Shown here: positions 12,405 to 23,885 of the stretch, in pieces | Position numbering within the stretch: the stretch's first letter is position 1 | How the letters are laid out: each line of letters opens with the position of its first letter | Origin: Macrostomum hystrix | Taxonomy: Eukaryota; Animalia; Platyhelminthes | Assembly (NCBI GenBank): GCA_950097015.1 | Contig: CATNEN010000001.1 | Location: forward strand, 16,554,001-16,618,000 | Reading direction: 5' to 3' | DNA length: 64,000 nucleotides | The notes under the pieces: generated by a model | Databases searched by the model: none | Told to the model about the DNA's origin: nothing | The model's input: the letters and a program-made list of their open reading frames with translations, nothing else | Program-made: the position numbers and the translations under genes

Positions 12405-15355
12405 CGACGTCATCATGATCATTACCATGCGGGCTCCAGTCGACGTCATCGTCATCAATATCATGCGGGCTCCAGTCGGCGTCATCGTCATCAATACCAT
12501 GCGGGCTCCAGTCGACGTCATCGTCATCAATACCATGCAGGCTACAGCCGACGTCATCGTCATCAATATCATGCGGGCTCCAGTCGGCGTCATCGTCATC
12601 AATACCATGCAGGCTACAGCCGACGTCATCGTCATCAATATCATGCGGGCTCCAGTCGGAGTCATCGTCATCAATACCATGCGGGCTCCAGTCGGCGTCA
12701 TCGTCATCAATACCCTGCGGGCTCCAGTCGGAGTCATCGTCATCAATACCATGCAGGCTACAGCCGACGTCATCGTCATCAATACCATGCGGGCTACAGC
12801 CGACGTCATCGTCATCAATACCATGCGGGCTACAGCCGACGTCATCGTCATCAATACCATGCGGGCTCCAGTCGACGTCATCGTCATCAATACCCTGCGG
12901 GCTACAGCCGACGCCATCGTCATCAATACCATGCGGGCTCCAGTCGACGTCATCGTCATCAATACCCTGCAGGCTCCAGTCGGAGTCATCGTCATCAACA
13001 CCATGCGGGCTCCAGTCGGCGTCATCGTCATCAACACCATGCGGGCTCCAGTCGACGTCATCGTCATCAATACCCTGCGGGCTACAGCCGACGTCATCGT
13101 CATCAATACCATGCGGGCTCCAGTCGACGTCATCGTCATCAACACCATGCGGGCTCCAGTCGACGTCATCATCATCAATACCATGCGGGCTCCAGTCGGA
13201 GTCATCGTCATCAACACCATGCGGGCTCCAGTCGGAGTCATCGTCATCAACACCATGCAGGCTACAGCCGACGTCATCGTCATCAATACCATGCAGGCTA
13301 CAGCCGACGTCATCGTCATCAATACCATGCGGGCTCCAGCGACGTCATCGTCATCAATACCATGCGGGCTCCAGTCGGAGTCATCGTCATCAACACCATG
13401 CAGGCTACAGCCGACGTCATCGTCATCAATACCATGCAGGCTACAGCCGACGTCATCGTCATCAATACCATGCGGGCTCCAGCGACGTCATCGTCATCAA
13501 TACCATGCGGGCTCCAGTCGGAGTCATCGTCATCAACACCATGCGGGCTCCAGTCGGCGTCATCGTCATCAATATCATGCGGGCTCCAGTCGGCGTCATC
13601 GTCATCAATACCCTGCGGGCTCCAGTCGGAGTCATCGTCATCAATACCATGCGGGCTCCAGTCGACGTCATCGTCATCAACACCATGCGGGCTCCAGTCG
13701 GAGTCATCGTCATCAATATCATGCGGGCTCCAGTCGGCGTCATCGTCATCAATACCCTGCGGGCTCCAGCGACGTCATCGTCATCAATACCATGCGGGCT
13801 CCAGTCGGAGTCATCGTCATCAACACCATGCAGGCTACAGCCGACGTCATCGTCATCAATACCATGCGGGCTCCAGCGACGTCATCGTCATCAATACCAT
13901 GCGGGCTCCAGTCGGAGTCATCGTCATCAACACCATGCAGGCTACAGCCGACGTCATCGTCATCAATACCATGCAGGCTACAGCCGACGTCATCGTCATC
14001 AATACCATGCGGGCTCCAGCGACGTCATCGTCATCAATACCATGCGGGCTCCAGTCGGAGTCATCGTCATCAACACCATGCGGGCTCCAGTCGGCGTCAT
14101 CGTCATCAATATCATGCGGGCTCCAGTCGGCGTCATCGTCATCAATACCCTGCGGGCTCCAGTCGGAGTCATCGTCATCAATACCATGCGGGCTCCAGTC
14201 GACGTCATCGTCATCAACACCATGCGGGCTCCAGTCGGAGTCATCGTCATCAATATCATGCGGGCTCCAGTCGGCGTCATCGTCATCAATACCCTGCGGG
14301 CTCCAGTCGGAGTCATCGTCATCAATACCATGCAGGCTACAGCCGACGTCATCGTCATCAATACCATGCGGGCTACAGCCGACGTCATCGTCATCAATAC
14401 CATGCGGGCTACAGCCGACGTCATCGTCATCAATACCATGCGGGCTCCAGTCGACGTCATCGTCATCAATACCCTGCGGGCTACAGCCGACGCCATCGTC
14501 ATCAATACCATGCGGGCTCCAGTCGACGTCATCGTCATCAATACCCTGCAGGCTCCAGTCGGAGTCATCGTCATCAACACCATGCGGGCTCCAGTCGGCG
14601 TCATCGTCATCAACACCATGCGGGCTCCAGTCGACGTCATCGTCATCAATACCCTGCGGGCTACAGCCGACGTCATCGTCATCAATACCATGCGGGCTCC
14701 AGTCGACGTCATCATCATCAATACCATGCGGGCTCTAGGCGACGTCATCGTCATCAATACCCTGCGGGCTCCAGTCGGAGTCATCGTCATCAACACCATG
14801 CGGGCTACAGCCGACGTCATCGTCATCAACACCATGCGGGCTCCAGTCGGAGTCATCGTCATCAACACCATGCAGGCTACAGCCGACGTCATCGTCATCA
14901 ATACCATGCAGGCTACAGCCGACGTCATCGTCATCAATACCATGCGGGCTCCAGCGACGTCATCGTCATCAATACCATGCGGGCTCCAGTCGGAGTCATC
15001 GTCATCAACACCATGCAGGCTACAGCCGACGTCATCGTCATCAATACCATGCAGGCTACAGCCGACGTCATCGTCATCAATACCATGCGGGCTCCAGCGA
15101 CGTCATCGTCATCAATACCATGCGGGCTCCAGTCGGAGTCATCGTCATCAACACCATGCGGGCTCCAGTCGGCGTCATCGTCATCAATACCATGCAGGCT
15201 ACAGCCGACGTCATCGTCATCAATACCATGCGGGCTCCAGTCGGAGTCATCGTCATCAACACCATGCGGGCTCCAGTCGGCGTCATCGTCATCAATACCA
15301 TGCAGGCTACAGCCGACGTCATCGTCATCAATACCATGCGGGCTCCAGTCGACGT
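12405..15355. repeat. 36-bp minisatellite (~3 kb); one minus-strand frame encodes DWSPHGIDDDDV-type acidic repeats
   Basis: Tandem units cgtcatcgtcatcaataccatgcgggctccagtcga, with occasional 35-bp units (ccagcgacg). Confidence 0.95.
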
Positions 15356-15637
15356 TGTTCGACTTTATTGTGAGAATCCGACGAACTCCGAACTCGATCG
15401 ATACGATTTTTTGGACCACGTCCGTTGCATTACGGACACGCTGTAGACCAGAAAGCTGCCCTTGTTTATCTGTGACGCTTTTCGAAGAATAAATCACTTA
15501 GGCATCAACAGGCACATAAGCTTGACCTGACGAAGAATTTATTGAATTTTGAAAACCAGTAGCTTCTTCGCTTGAGCCAGCAGTGTCACGGGAATGATCT
15601 GCGCTAGCACTGACTGTTTGGTCACTGAGTGAGTGCA

Positions 15638-17852
15638 CTACTCCTCCTCATCGTCAGTACCCAGCATCTCCAGCACTCGAGATCGCTCATTCTCCATCCG
15701 CTTGGTGTCGCACTGTCGCCAGCAGCTGCACAACTCAGCAAATTCTGCTCGCTTTTCTGGTACCTGCTGAGCGGTCAGTCCGATAACTTTATTCACAGTC
15801 GACTGCAACTTACGCAGCTGCTCGTCCTTAGCACTTGCTTGAATCAAACCGAAGCATCTTCGATCCACCAGACGCTCAAAGTGGTCAAAGTGCCGTCCAT
15901 CGCAAACCATTCTTTTGTACTCTTCGATTTGGTCTCTAATTTGGAAGCGCAGCGATAGTCTAGTGAAGGCCTCAACGACGCAAATGCCGTACAGATATCG
16001 GTCGACAAACACGTCAGGCTGTCGAAACAGGTCTTCATACTTTTCTGGAACTCGCCGCTCAATCGCGCGCTTAGATTCTAATTGTAGCGAACACGTGGTG
16101 GCGATAGAATCTGCTACGTTTTTTGCTAAACCAAAATCTGCTATCTGCAAAGTTAAAAGAAAAAGCTCTTTTTGCTGCGAAATTCAGGACAAAGGCTAAA
16201 GGGAACACACCTTTACATCAAGTCGCTCAGTAACAAGAATATTATCGAGGGCCAGATCCAAATGCAGCATCCCAGATGCTGAAGTCTGTAAGTAGTCAAA
16301 ACAGTCAGCAACTTGCAACATCCATTTGGCCGTTAGAAAGGCAGGTGGTACTAGCGATGGCACCTATGGAAAGATTTGACTAGTAAGTCCATGCTCACGT
16401 TTGTTTTAAGGATTAAGTTTTATAAAATATCAAGATAGGCAAAGACACTACCTACAGTGCACTCTAAGCGTTTAATAAACAGTCTCAGGCTTCCATTGGC
16501 GCAGAATTCCATGCCGTAGCCGCAGAATCTGCCATTGTTGATGTACAACCACAGCACCTTCACGATTTCGTCTCGCTCGCTACCAAGGCGATGCAGTAGT
16601 TGAATTTCACGCTTCAATCGCTTTACAATCCTAAAACAATAGGTAAATAGTTGCTTAGGACTAAAAGACCTGCTAAGCTTCCTTAACAGTTAATATCCAA
16701 TGTTTCCCGCCCTATCATGGAAGGCTCGTGTACATATTTCATTGCTCTGAGGACCAGGTCGAGCATATTTTAGTTTACTAGCACGAAAAACTAAACGGCA
16801 TTTGTAAACAACAGTTAAAGAGCACTAAGTAAAAAACTCTTCCAGACGTTGGTCCACGACAAGCATCAGACTATTAAGGCTATAGACTTCAGCAACATCA
16901 CATGAGCGATTATAGGTGCTGCACTCTCGCACCTCTGGCACCAAGGTCCCTGAGCTAGATATCGCGGTGACGCAACATTGAAGCACAGCCGTAGAGAGAA
17001 GGCTTGAGGGCTTGTCATGCAATTTAATCCCTTAAGGGCCAACCTCCATGGCACAATGAGAGTGTACACTGCCTGACGATGAGAAAGTCAGGGCAGATGT
17101 ACACAACTGTGTGAGTGTGTGTTCACACTTAAAACTTCAAATTAGCAATTTTCCGCAGAACTCCTGCAATACTTTATTTTTTTCATTAGGGTTGGGCTAT
17201 TACTATTATATCTTATCCTCTAATGCCGTGCGGCTAGTCCCTCACGTTTTTATCTTATGTGGCAGCAACCGCAAGTATCTAGTAGGAATTAGCAAGCATG
17301 AGCGTAGCCAGGCACTGCAACTTGCTGAACTTCCTAACTTCTAAAATCGGCCCTTTTATATTTGTAAATTGACAGCATATGCCAAAATTGCCAACTCCAA
17401 ATGGAACAAAACAAATGGGATTCACATGTCTACACTGTTTGCCCTGCCTTTTGGTTTGAATATTCTAATAAAAAAATCACCTAAATCACTCAAAAATCGA
17501 AACCCAAAATGAGTAACAGTCACGAGTTGGAGTTGAGGTTTCACTAATGACATATTTTACAACATATAAAGTATAACCTCTTGCTTACCATTTAATCTGC
17601 ATGCCATTTATACTGTCTCTCATCTCCGGGTTAAGTTCCTTAAGCACATGCTTAAATTTTGCTTGGTCAGACTTCAATAGGCACAACTTGCAGGTTGCAA
17701 ATGAACCTTTGCCTACAGTTTAAATAAAAGTAAAATAAATGAATATACTACAATGAGACACATTTATTACTCAAATAAGACGTACCAAGAAAACCATCCT
17801 CAAAAATATTGATGTCTTTCTCAGTGACACTAGGTAGCTTGTTAGAACTCAT
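15638..17852 (-). CDS. Single-domain non-RD protein kinase, paralog of 9795-11669, with C-terminal tail truncated
   Basis: Exons 17852-17786, 17712-17589, 16630-16456, 16363-16211, 16144-15638. Motifs LGKGSFA, HVLKE, HLDLALDNIL, IADFGLAK, VPE, DRYLYG. A 4-bp deletion relative to the paralog creates the TAG at 15640-15638. Confidence 0.82.
16905..17120 (+). mobile_element. SINE family A, partial copy
   Basis: caccaaggtccctgagct...ggccaacctcc...actgcctgacgatgagaaagtcagggcagatgtacac. Confidence 0.8.
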
Positions 17853-18555
17853 CAACTGTAAAGATAATTTTTACAGAAACAATGATAGACACTGCTGCAA
17901 GCAAACATAATGCACAGTTAGTTTTATCTGCTTAACATTTAAGTAAAAAGAAAAGGAAAATTATTTTTGAGTCATTTAACAAGTTTATAAGCCAAAGCTA
18001 TAAAAAATTGTCTTTAGAGGGTTTCTGCTGCCCTGTTCAATAATGCTATTTATTTTTTAATACATTTAGGTTTTTCATTCTTTCACATTGCTTCTTAACT
18101 ATATGACAAGCTCCATAAGCAAGAACGTATTTATGATTTACCAATGGGGCATATCTTCCTTGTTTAAATTAGGTTTAGTTGAGCAGAAAATATAAAGTAA
18201 AGATAAATAAAAAGCCACAAACTTTTTGCATTCCGCTATACATAAATTATTTTTTTTATAAATTAACACATCAATAGAGCTCAAGGCCTAACTGCAAAAG
18301 ATTAGAGCTTAAACTAGACTTCTTATTGAGATAAGAGGTTGTTCATTTAAATTTCAGCCTCAGAATCAACACAGAATTGATCTGTATTCATGATCAAGAC
18401 ACTTAATCCTCATTGATTTGGTTCACCCTGTTCTGAAATAGGAACCAGCACCTGTTGTGGAAAAATTTGTGATAGGTGGTGGCCTATAGAGTCCATTGAA
18501 TGAACAAAAATCAAGGCTTTGGATACACTGATCAATAGCTGTTGCCGTGTTGGCA

Positions 18556-19102
18556 CGGTCCACGGTCATTTCGTCTGCCGCCTTTTCGTCTGCTAAAGTA
18601 TTTTGGCAGACAAAATGACTATTTTATTTCTTTATTTCTTAATTTTTTAATGTAAAGAATAAAAATAAATTGGTTTGAGCAAGTTTTACAAATATAATTT
18701 TATTAATATTAATACATTTTGTTTTTCTTCTATTTTCTACGAAACCTAACTAACCTATATAGGCCTAATACTTTCGACTAGGCGCCAGGAAGCGCGGAGG
18801 CAATCTACTGATCTCTTTGCAAGGTTTCGTCCTCGGACGCAATGGAGGAAAAGGAGGTTTGATATACTGGAAGTGCGTGACTTCAGTAAAATCCTAGCAT
18901 TATAATAAATTGTAAATAATAATTTACATTACATTTCAAAGCTTGATGACCTAATTAGTTATTCTGACTAGTGCATATGTTAGCAGATGAATGGACCATA
19001 TTATATATTATATAAATATTGGCAGATGAAACGACTATATCGTATATTAGCAGACAAAAAGGCAGCAGATGAAAGGGCGGCAGACGAAATGACCGTCAAC
19101 CA
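18556..19102. mobile_element. MITE / non-autonomous DNA transposon with TIRs and 6-bp TSD
   Basis: acggtcatttcgtctgccgcc (from 18562) is the reverse complement of ggcggcagacgaaatgaccgt (ending 19096); TSD ttggca at 18550-18555 and 19103-19108. Confidence 0.8.
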
Positions 19103-20705
19103 TTGGCACATCATGTTGCTATAAACCTGGCACAAGCAGGCTAAATTTAATTAATATATATAACTTGGCTACTTTAAAACAATTTTCAATATGCTATTGC
19201 ACTGCTCCTAAATAAAGTTGTAGAGTCAGTTGTATTGGATTCTCAGAAGCATTCATCCATACACATTTATATTTACATTAGTGGTCACAGGGTGCTATCT
19301 TAGGCAACAAACAATCTTCCAAATGGTTAGGTTTCCTTATATATCAGTTTAGCTGCTTCTTTCTCTAGAATATCATTAGATAATATTTTATTGTGTACTT
19401 TTTGTATTTCTGAAAAATATTGTATTAAGGCATCGGCCTTAGGTTAAGGTTAAGGTATATTATTCTGAGCAGAACTATGAACAATACAGTTTTATAATCT
19501 GTGATTTCATTTCATTCTCTAAATATTTGAGTAAACACATATAGAAAATAAAAGAAAATTGAATAAGCTAAGCAAAAGAATCGTCTTCCTTTCTTTTAAT
19601 AATGTTTAATTATGGTATAATTGAAGGTGCAGAGTAGTTCCTTGTTTTGTGAAATATTTATAAATATTTAACGCAAAAGTAACGTTCCTAGAATTAGGAG
19701 GCCTTAAAAAGCGCTGCTAAGACTTTAAGGATAAAACAAAGCTTTTAGTAGAATGAAGTTATGAAATAGCGTATTTTTACTAATAAAAACGATTTAATTC
19801 TTTATAAATTTACCCTTATTAAAAATAACGATCATTTTGTTTTTCTTTTTTGAACTTTTTTCCTCAATTATTCGTATTTAACCAAGTAGAGGACTTTTTT
19901 CATAGCTTGTTTACTTTCTTTTATGTTTATCGAAGCCCTTTGTTTCCTTTGCACTAAATCCGTTTGAATACCATTTGTAAACTTTCAGCTATTCTTCAGC
20001 GATTGTCAAACTAAGGCTATGCTCGTTGCGACTGGGAATCGCTCTTTAAGCCTACATGAAGTCAATGGTATAGACGTAAAAATTTGCATTGATGGGCATG
20101 GGCCCTACTTGATGGGCTTTTAGCCTTCGATCGATGCAGCCGGTGTGAACCACGCCCGTGAATTTTTCTCCAAGCGAGATCCTCTGCGATCCTCGGAGCT
20201 GAGCGTGTATTAAATAATTTTTGTGCACACATAAAGTGTCGAAAATAAGGACACGGCGGGTGGTTTAAACACAAGCGAAACAAGAAAGCATATTTTCAGA
20301 CGCTTAGCTCGTTTTATACGCTCGTAAAAGCTTTAAGTTGATACGTTTATCCATTCAAAAGATATAAAAAATATTTTTTAAATCCTTCGTACGAATACAT
20401 TAGAGAAGTTGAGGAATTGGTATACACTCAATGCTTAATAAAGGGGCAAAGTAAATTTCATTTTCAATGACATAGTCTCCATTTCAGGTGCATATACGAC
20501 GTTAACAGCTGTCACAATACTTGATTATAGCAGTTCTTAAGGCTGATGTACAGAAATGAATTTGAAAAGCAGAAAAGGTTATATAACCTTTTCCAGATTC
20601 CAAACAAACCATTAAACAATTCTTGATAAATAGTTACCAACTTTTATGAGTAGGATCCCTTATCTCGTTCCTACTTGCAGCATTCCAAAGCAGCTCGGGA
20701 TTTGA

Positions 20706-23700
20706 TCAGTTTTCAAACCTACTCAGAAGTCTGAGGCCCGCCAAGCAGCCACAGCGTTTGAATGCCTCAGCCAGGCTATTCGCCGACAAATTCAACGTCA
20801 CACGATGTCTGCTCAGCACTTTCAGCAGCCTGTCAGCGCGGCTAGCTGGTGAGCTTGCTTCCAGCTCGAAGTCAGCGATAGTAGGGCAGCCGAGCTCGCG
20901 TAGAATAAACTTATCGCGCTCGACCACCTCACGGCTGGCGCAAAGACATTTCAGTAGAGCTTCGCATGCGGCAGAGTCTGAGTAGCCTCGGCTGAGCAAC
21001 TGAACTTCATCTCCCTGCACTGGCGGAATAGTCTGATGCACTGACACACGACGAAAGCCGGCGACTTGTGCCGATGGCGGTTGAAGCGAGTACACGTCTC
21101 CCATGATGGACGAAATTCTGACCGTCACTCCGCCGATGCATTTGACGGCTTCATGAAATTGCGGGTTTGAATAGGATTATTTGATATGCATGATTTTCTT
21201 ACTTACCAAACAGAACAAGAAACTTACAGATCCACCGATCGTCTGGCTGATCAGTCACAGTCTCCGGGCGCCGGTCGAGAGCTGACAAGAGGGCTGAAGC
21301 CACCTGGTTATCGCTGTGCTCTGGCAGTGTTCTGTTAGCATCTGGCCGTACTGAAATTCTCGATTCTGAAGGGACTTCTCTGTCTTCGAATGTCATCTGG
21401 TGGAACAATGTCAGTACCTTTTGACGATCGAAACTCTCTAGGCGAAAATGGTGTTGTCTTTGCCAAATATCGCTTATTTCCGACATTGTATGTAGCTTTC
21501 CAGCTGGTTGACTTTCGATCAGCTGTAAAATCTGAGAAACTGTGGATTTCAGCCGAACCAGATCAGCAGATCGAAAATGTTTCCAGATGACCTTCAGAAT
21601 GCGTTCACTGTCATGCAGGATCCGCAATTTTCCTACACAGCTTGCGAACAGACCCACCACCTCAGAATTGTCCGACTGCAGGTGAGCGAAAGCTTCTAAA
21701 ATAATTAACCCATAGTGATATCGGTCGTTAAGCTGGTCCTGAATTCCGAGATAGCTGTTTTGCTTCAGGTCGATGATGCTGCTCTCCTTTGGTCTCTGGT
21801 ACATGATCTGTAGGAAGTAAATTTTGAATGACCTAATGCAAAATTTAAATGGAAATGTGGTACATGCATTTTCCCAAAATCTTTCCAAGAAGACTCAAAC
21901 TGAAGTCTTTTTAATATCAGGTACCACTAGGAATGGAAATACGGAAAACGACGTTTCTTAGAAAACGTTTAGAAGGCTCGCTTTCACGCCGAAAGATTTC
22001 ACTACGGAGTAAGGAAATTCGCACTTTTTTTATAAGTAAGTATAACTTACTTCGCATGTTGCTCCAGTGAATGTTACAAAGCTATATTGGCAAAAGTAAT
22101 TAGTCATAAGGCTAGACTCCATGGAGTAGTTCAAGTCCATGATTCCATGATTATGGACCAGAGAAAGGAGGATTTTGTTGTTTCAGGAGCCTAATTTATT
22201 TTTAATGTCTAATGCACCCTTCTGCTCCTAGTGGTCATTGGTTTTGCGTTTTGTCGCTAGCCCAGCAATTACCTTGGCATTCAGGCGCTCATCAATGAGC
22301 ACACTATCCAGACTGAGGTCTCCAATCCGAGTGCAGCACACGCCAGCGGAATCCTTCAGCGTGTGGAGGTGGCTGAGGGCCTGAGCCACCTGGTCCACCC
22401 AAGCTGCGGTCAGCCAGGGCAGCTCGAAATGATGCGGCTCCTGAAAGACGTGACGCGCATTGTTTCATCGCTCAGAAAGCTAGTAGTCAGTTATGGCAAA
22501 TGAAACAGGACTGTGTCACTGGCTGCATACCTGGTCCGACTAGCTCACGAATAACTCTTCTCCTATCCAGCAAACTATTTATTTATATAGGAAGCCGCAA
22601 TAGAACGAACAGGAAGCTTTCGTTTTATTAAGAACACTTTTGAATTGGGTCAGTCTTTGATATCAATTAGGGTTAGCAGTACTAGTAGAGCGACCACGTG
22701 GGTATTTCAAATAGCCACATTTTTCATTTTCGGTATCAACCAGAATATTCAACCTATCGCCACGAAAATCCTGAACACAGCCTAAAATTTGCCGCCCTAT
22801 CTGATAAGACAACCTCCAGTATCACAAAACATCGGTATCGTCTAGATCAGGGGTCGGCAAACTTATTAGCTAGTGGGCCAAAAAGAGAACCTAAAAGACG
22901 GCAGCGGGCCGCATTGACTGTAGAAAGATGAGATAGGGGAGCGATGAGGCACGGGAGAGACGCGACTGAGGAGAGATGAGACAGCGGAGAGATGAAACAC
23001 GGGAGAGACGCGACTGAGGAGAGATGAGGCATGGGAGAGATGAGACATGGGAGAGACGAGACTGAGGAGAGATGAGACAGCGGAGAGATGAAACACGGGA
23101 GAGACGACATGGGAGAGAGGAGACAGCGGAGAGATGAAACACGGAAGAGACGAGACAGGGAAAAGATGAAACAGGGGAAAGATGAAACAGGGGAAAGATG
23201 AAACAGGGGAAAGATGAAACAGGGGAAAGATGAAACAGGGGAAAGATGAAACAGGGGAAAGACGAGACAGGGAAAAGATGAAACAGGGGAAAGATGAAAC
23301 AGGGGAAAGATGAAACAGGGGAAAGATGAAACAGGGGAGAGATGAAACAGGGGAAAGATGAAACAGGGGAAAGATGAAACAGGATACTGTAGGTGTCAGA
23401 AGGGGCAACGGGCCGGATTTGGGAGCTTCGAGGGCCGCATCTGGCCCGCGGGCCGGAGTTTGCCGACCCCTAGTCGAATTGTTCATTGCAGTTGCGCAAG
23501 TATAAACGATGTACCAGTGTCAGTGTTACTATTGTTAAACCTAATCTTACCAGCACCGTAATGAGCTGGCGAATGGTCCCCAATCGCAGATCGCTGATCA
23601 CCATGCAGACAGTTGGTGTCTGTAGTGAGTCGTGAGCGTGATTGCTCAGCAGTAGACTCAGTAACTTTCTGCCACGGAAGTTGCAACGCATTGCGCCCAG

Positions 23701-23885
23701 TGCGTCGATCGTGTGTGTCAACTGCCTGAATTAAAGCGAAACATATCATGAAGGTTTCTTTTAAAAAAAACACTCACTCAGTGGCTTTTTGAGTGCGAGT
23801 TCACAACGACGCCAAGACTTACAATCTGCCACGGACTTTGAGTAGATTTTTCATAGTCAAAGTTCTTCTGATTGAGTTGATAAAT
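20706..23885 (-). CDS. Pseudokinase-death domain protein, paralog of the kinase cluster; 5' end unresolved
   Basis: Exons ~23720-23551 (LGTIRQLITVL, aligns to GSLRQFIKRL), 22440-22273 (PWLTAAWVDQVAQALSHLH...IGDLSLDSVLIDERLNAK), 21807-21228 (DRYHYGLIILEAF), 21148-20706 (death domain LRELGCPT...LSANSLAEAFKRCGCLAGLRLL). HRD and DFG absent. Confidence 0.72.
22848..23472. mobile_element. hAT (Charlie/Buster-like) non-autonomous element with internal GA-rich tandem repeats
   Basis: TIR caggggtcggcaaac / gtttgccgaccccta; left flank gtctagat fits the NTCTAGAN target preference, right flank degenerate (gtcgaatt). Confidence 0.8.

Noticed and set aside
12405-15355. CRISPR-like appearance of 29-37 bp repeats here and at 1-490, 2078-4090 and 52790-53532
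   Set aside because: Units are head-to-tail with no unique spacers, there are no cas genes, and the context is eukaryotic.
12024-15492. Long ORFs of 1025, 622, 458 and 434 aa over the 36-bp array
   Set aside because: Artefacts of a stop-free repeat unit. Only the minus-strand acidic frame connects to a gene.
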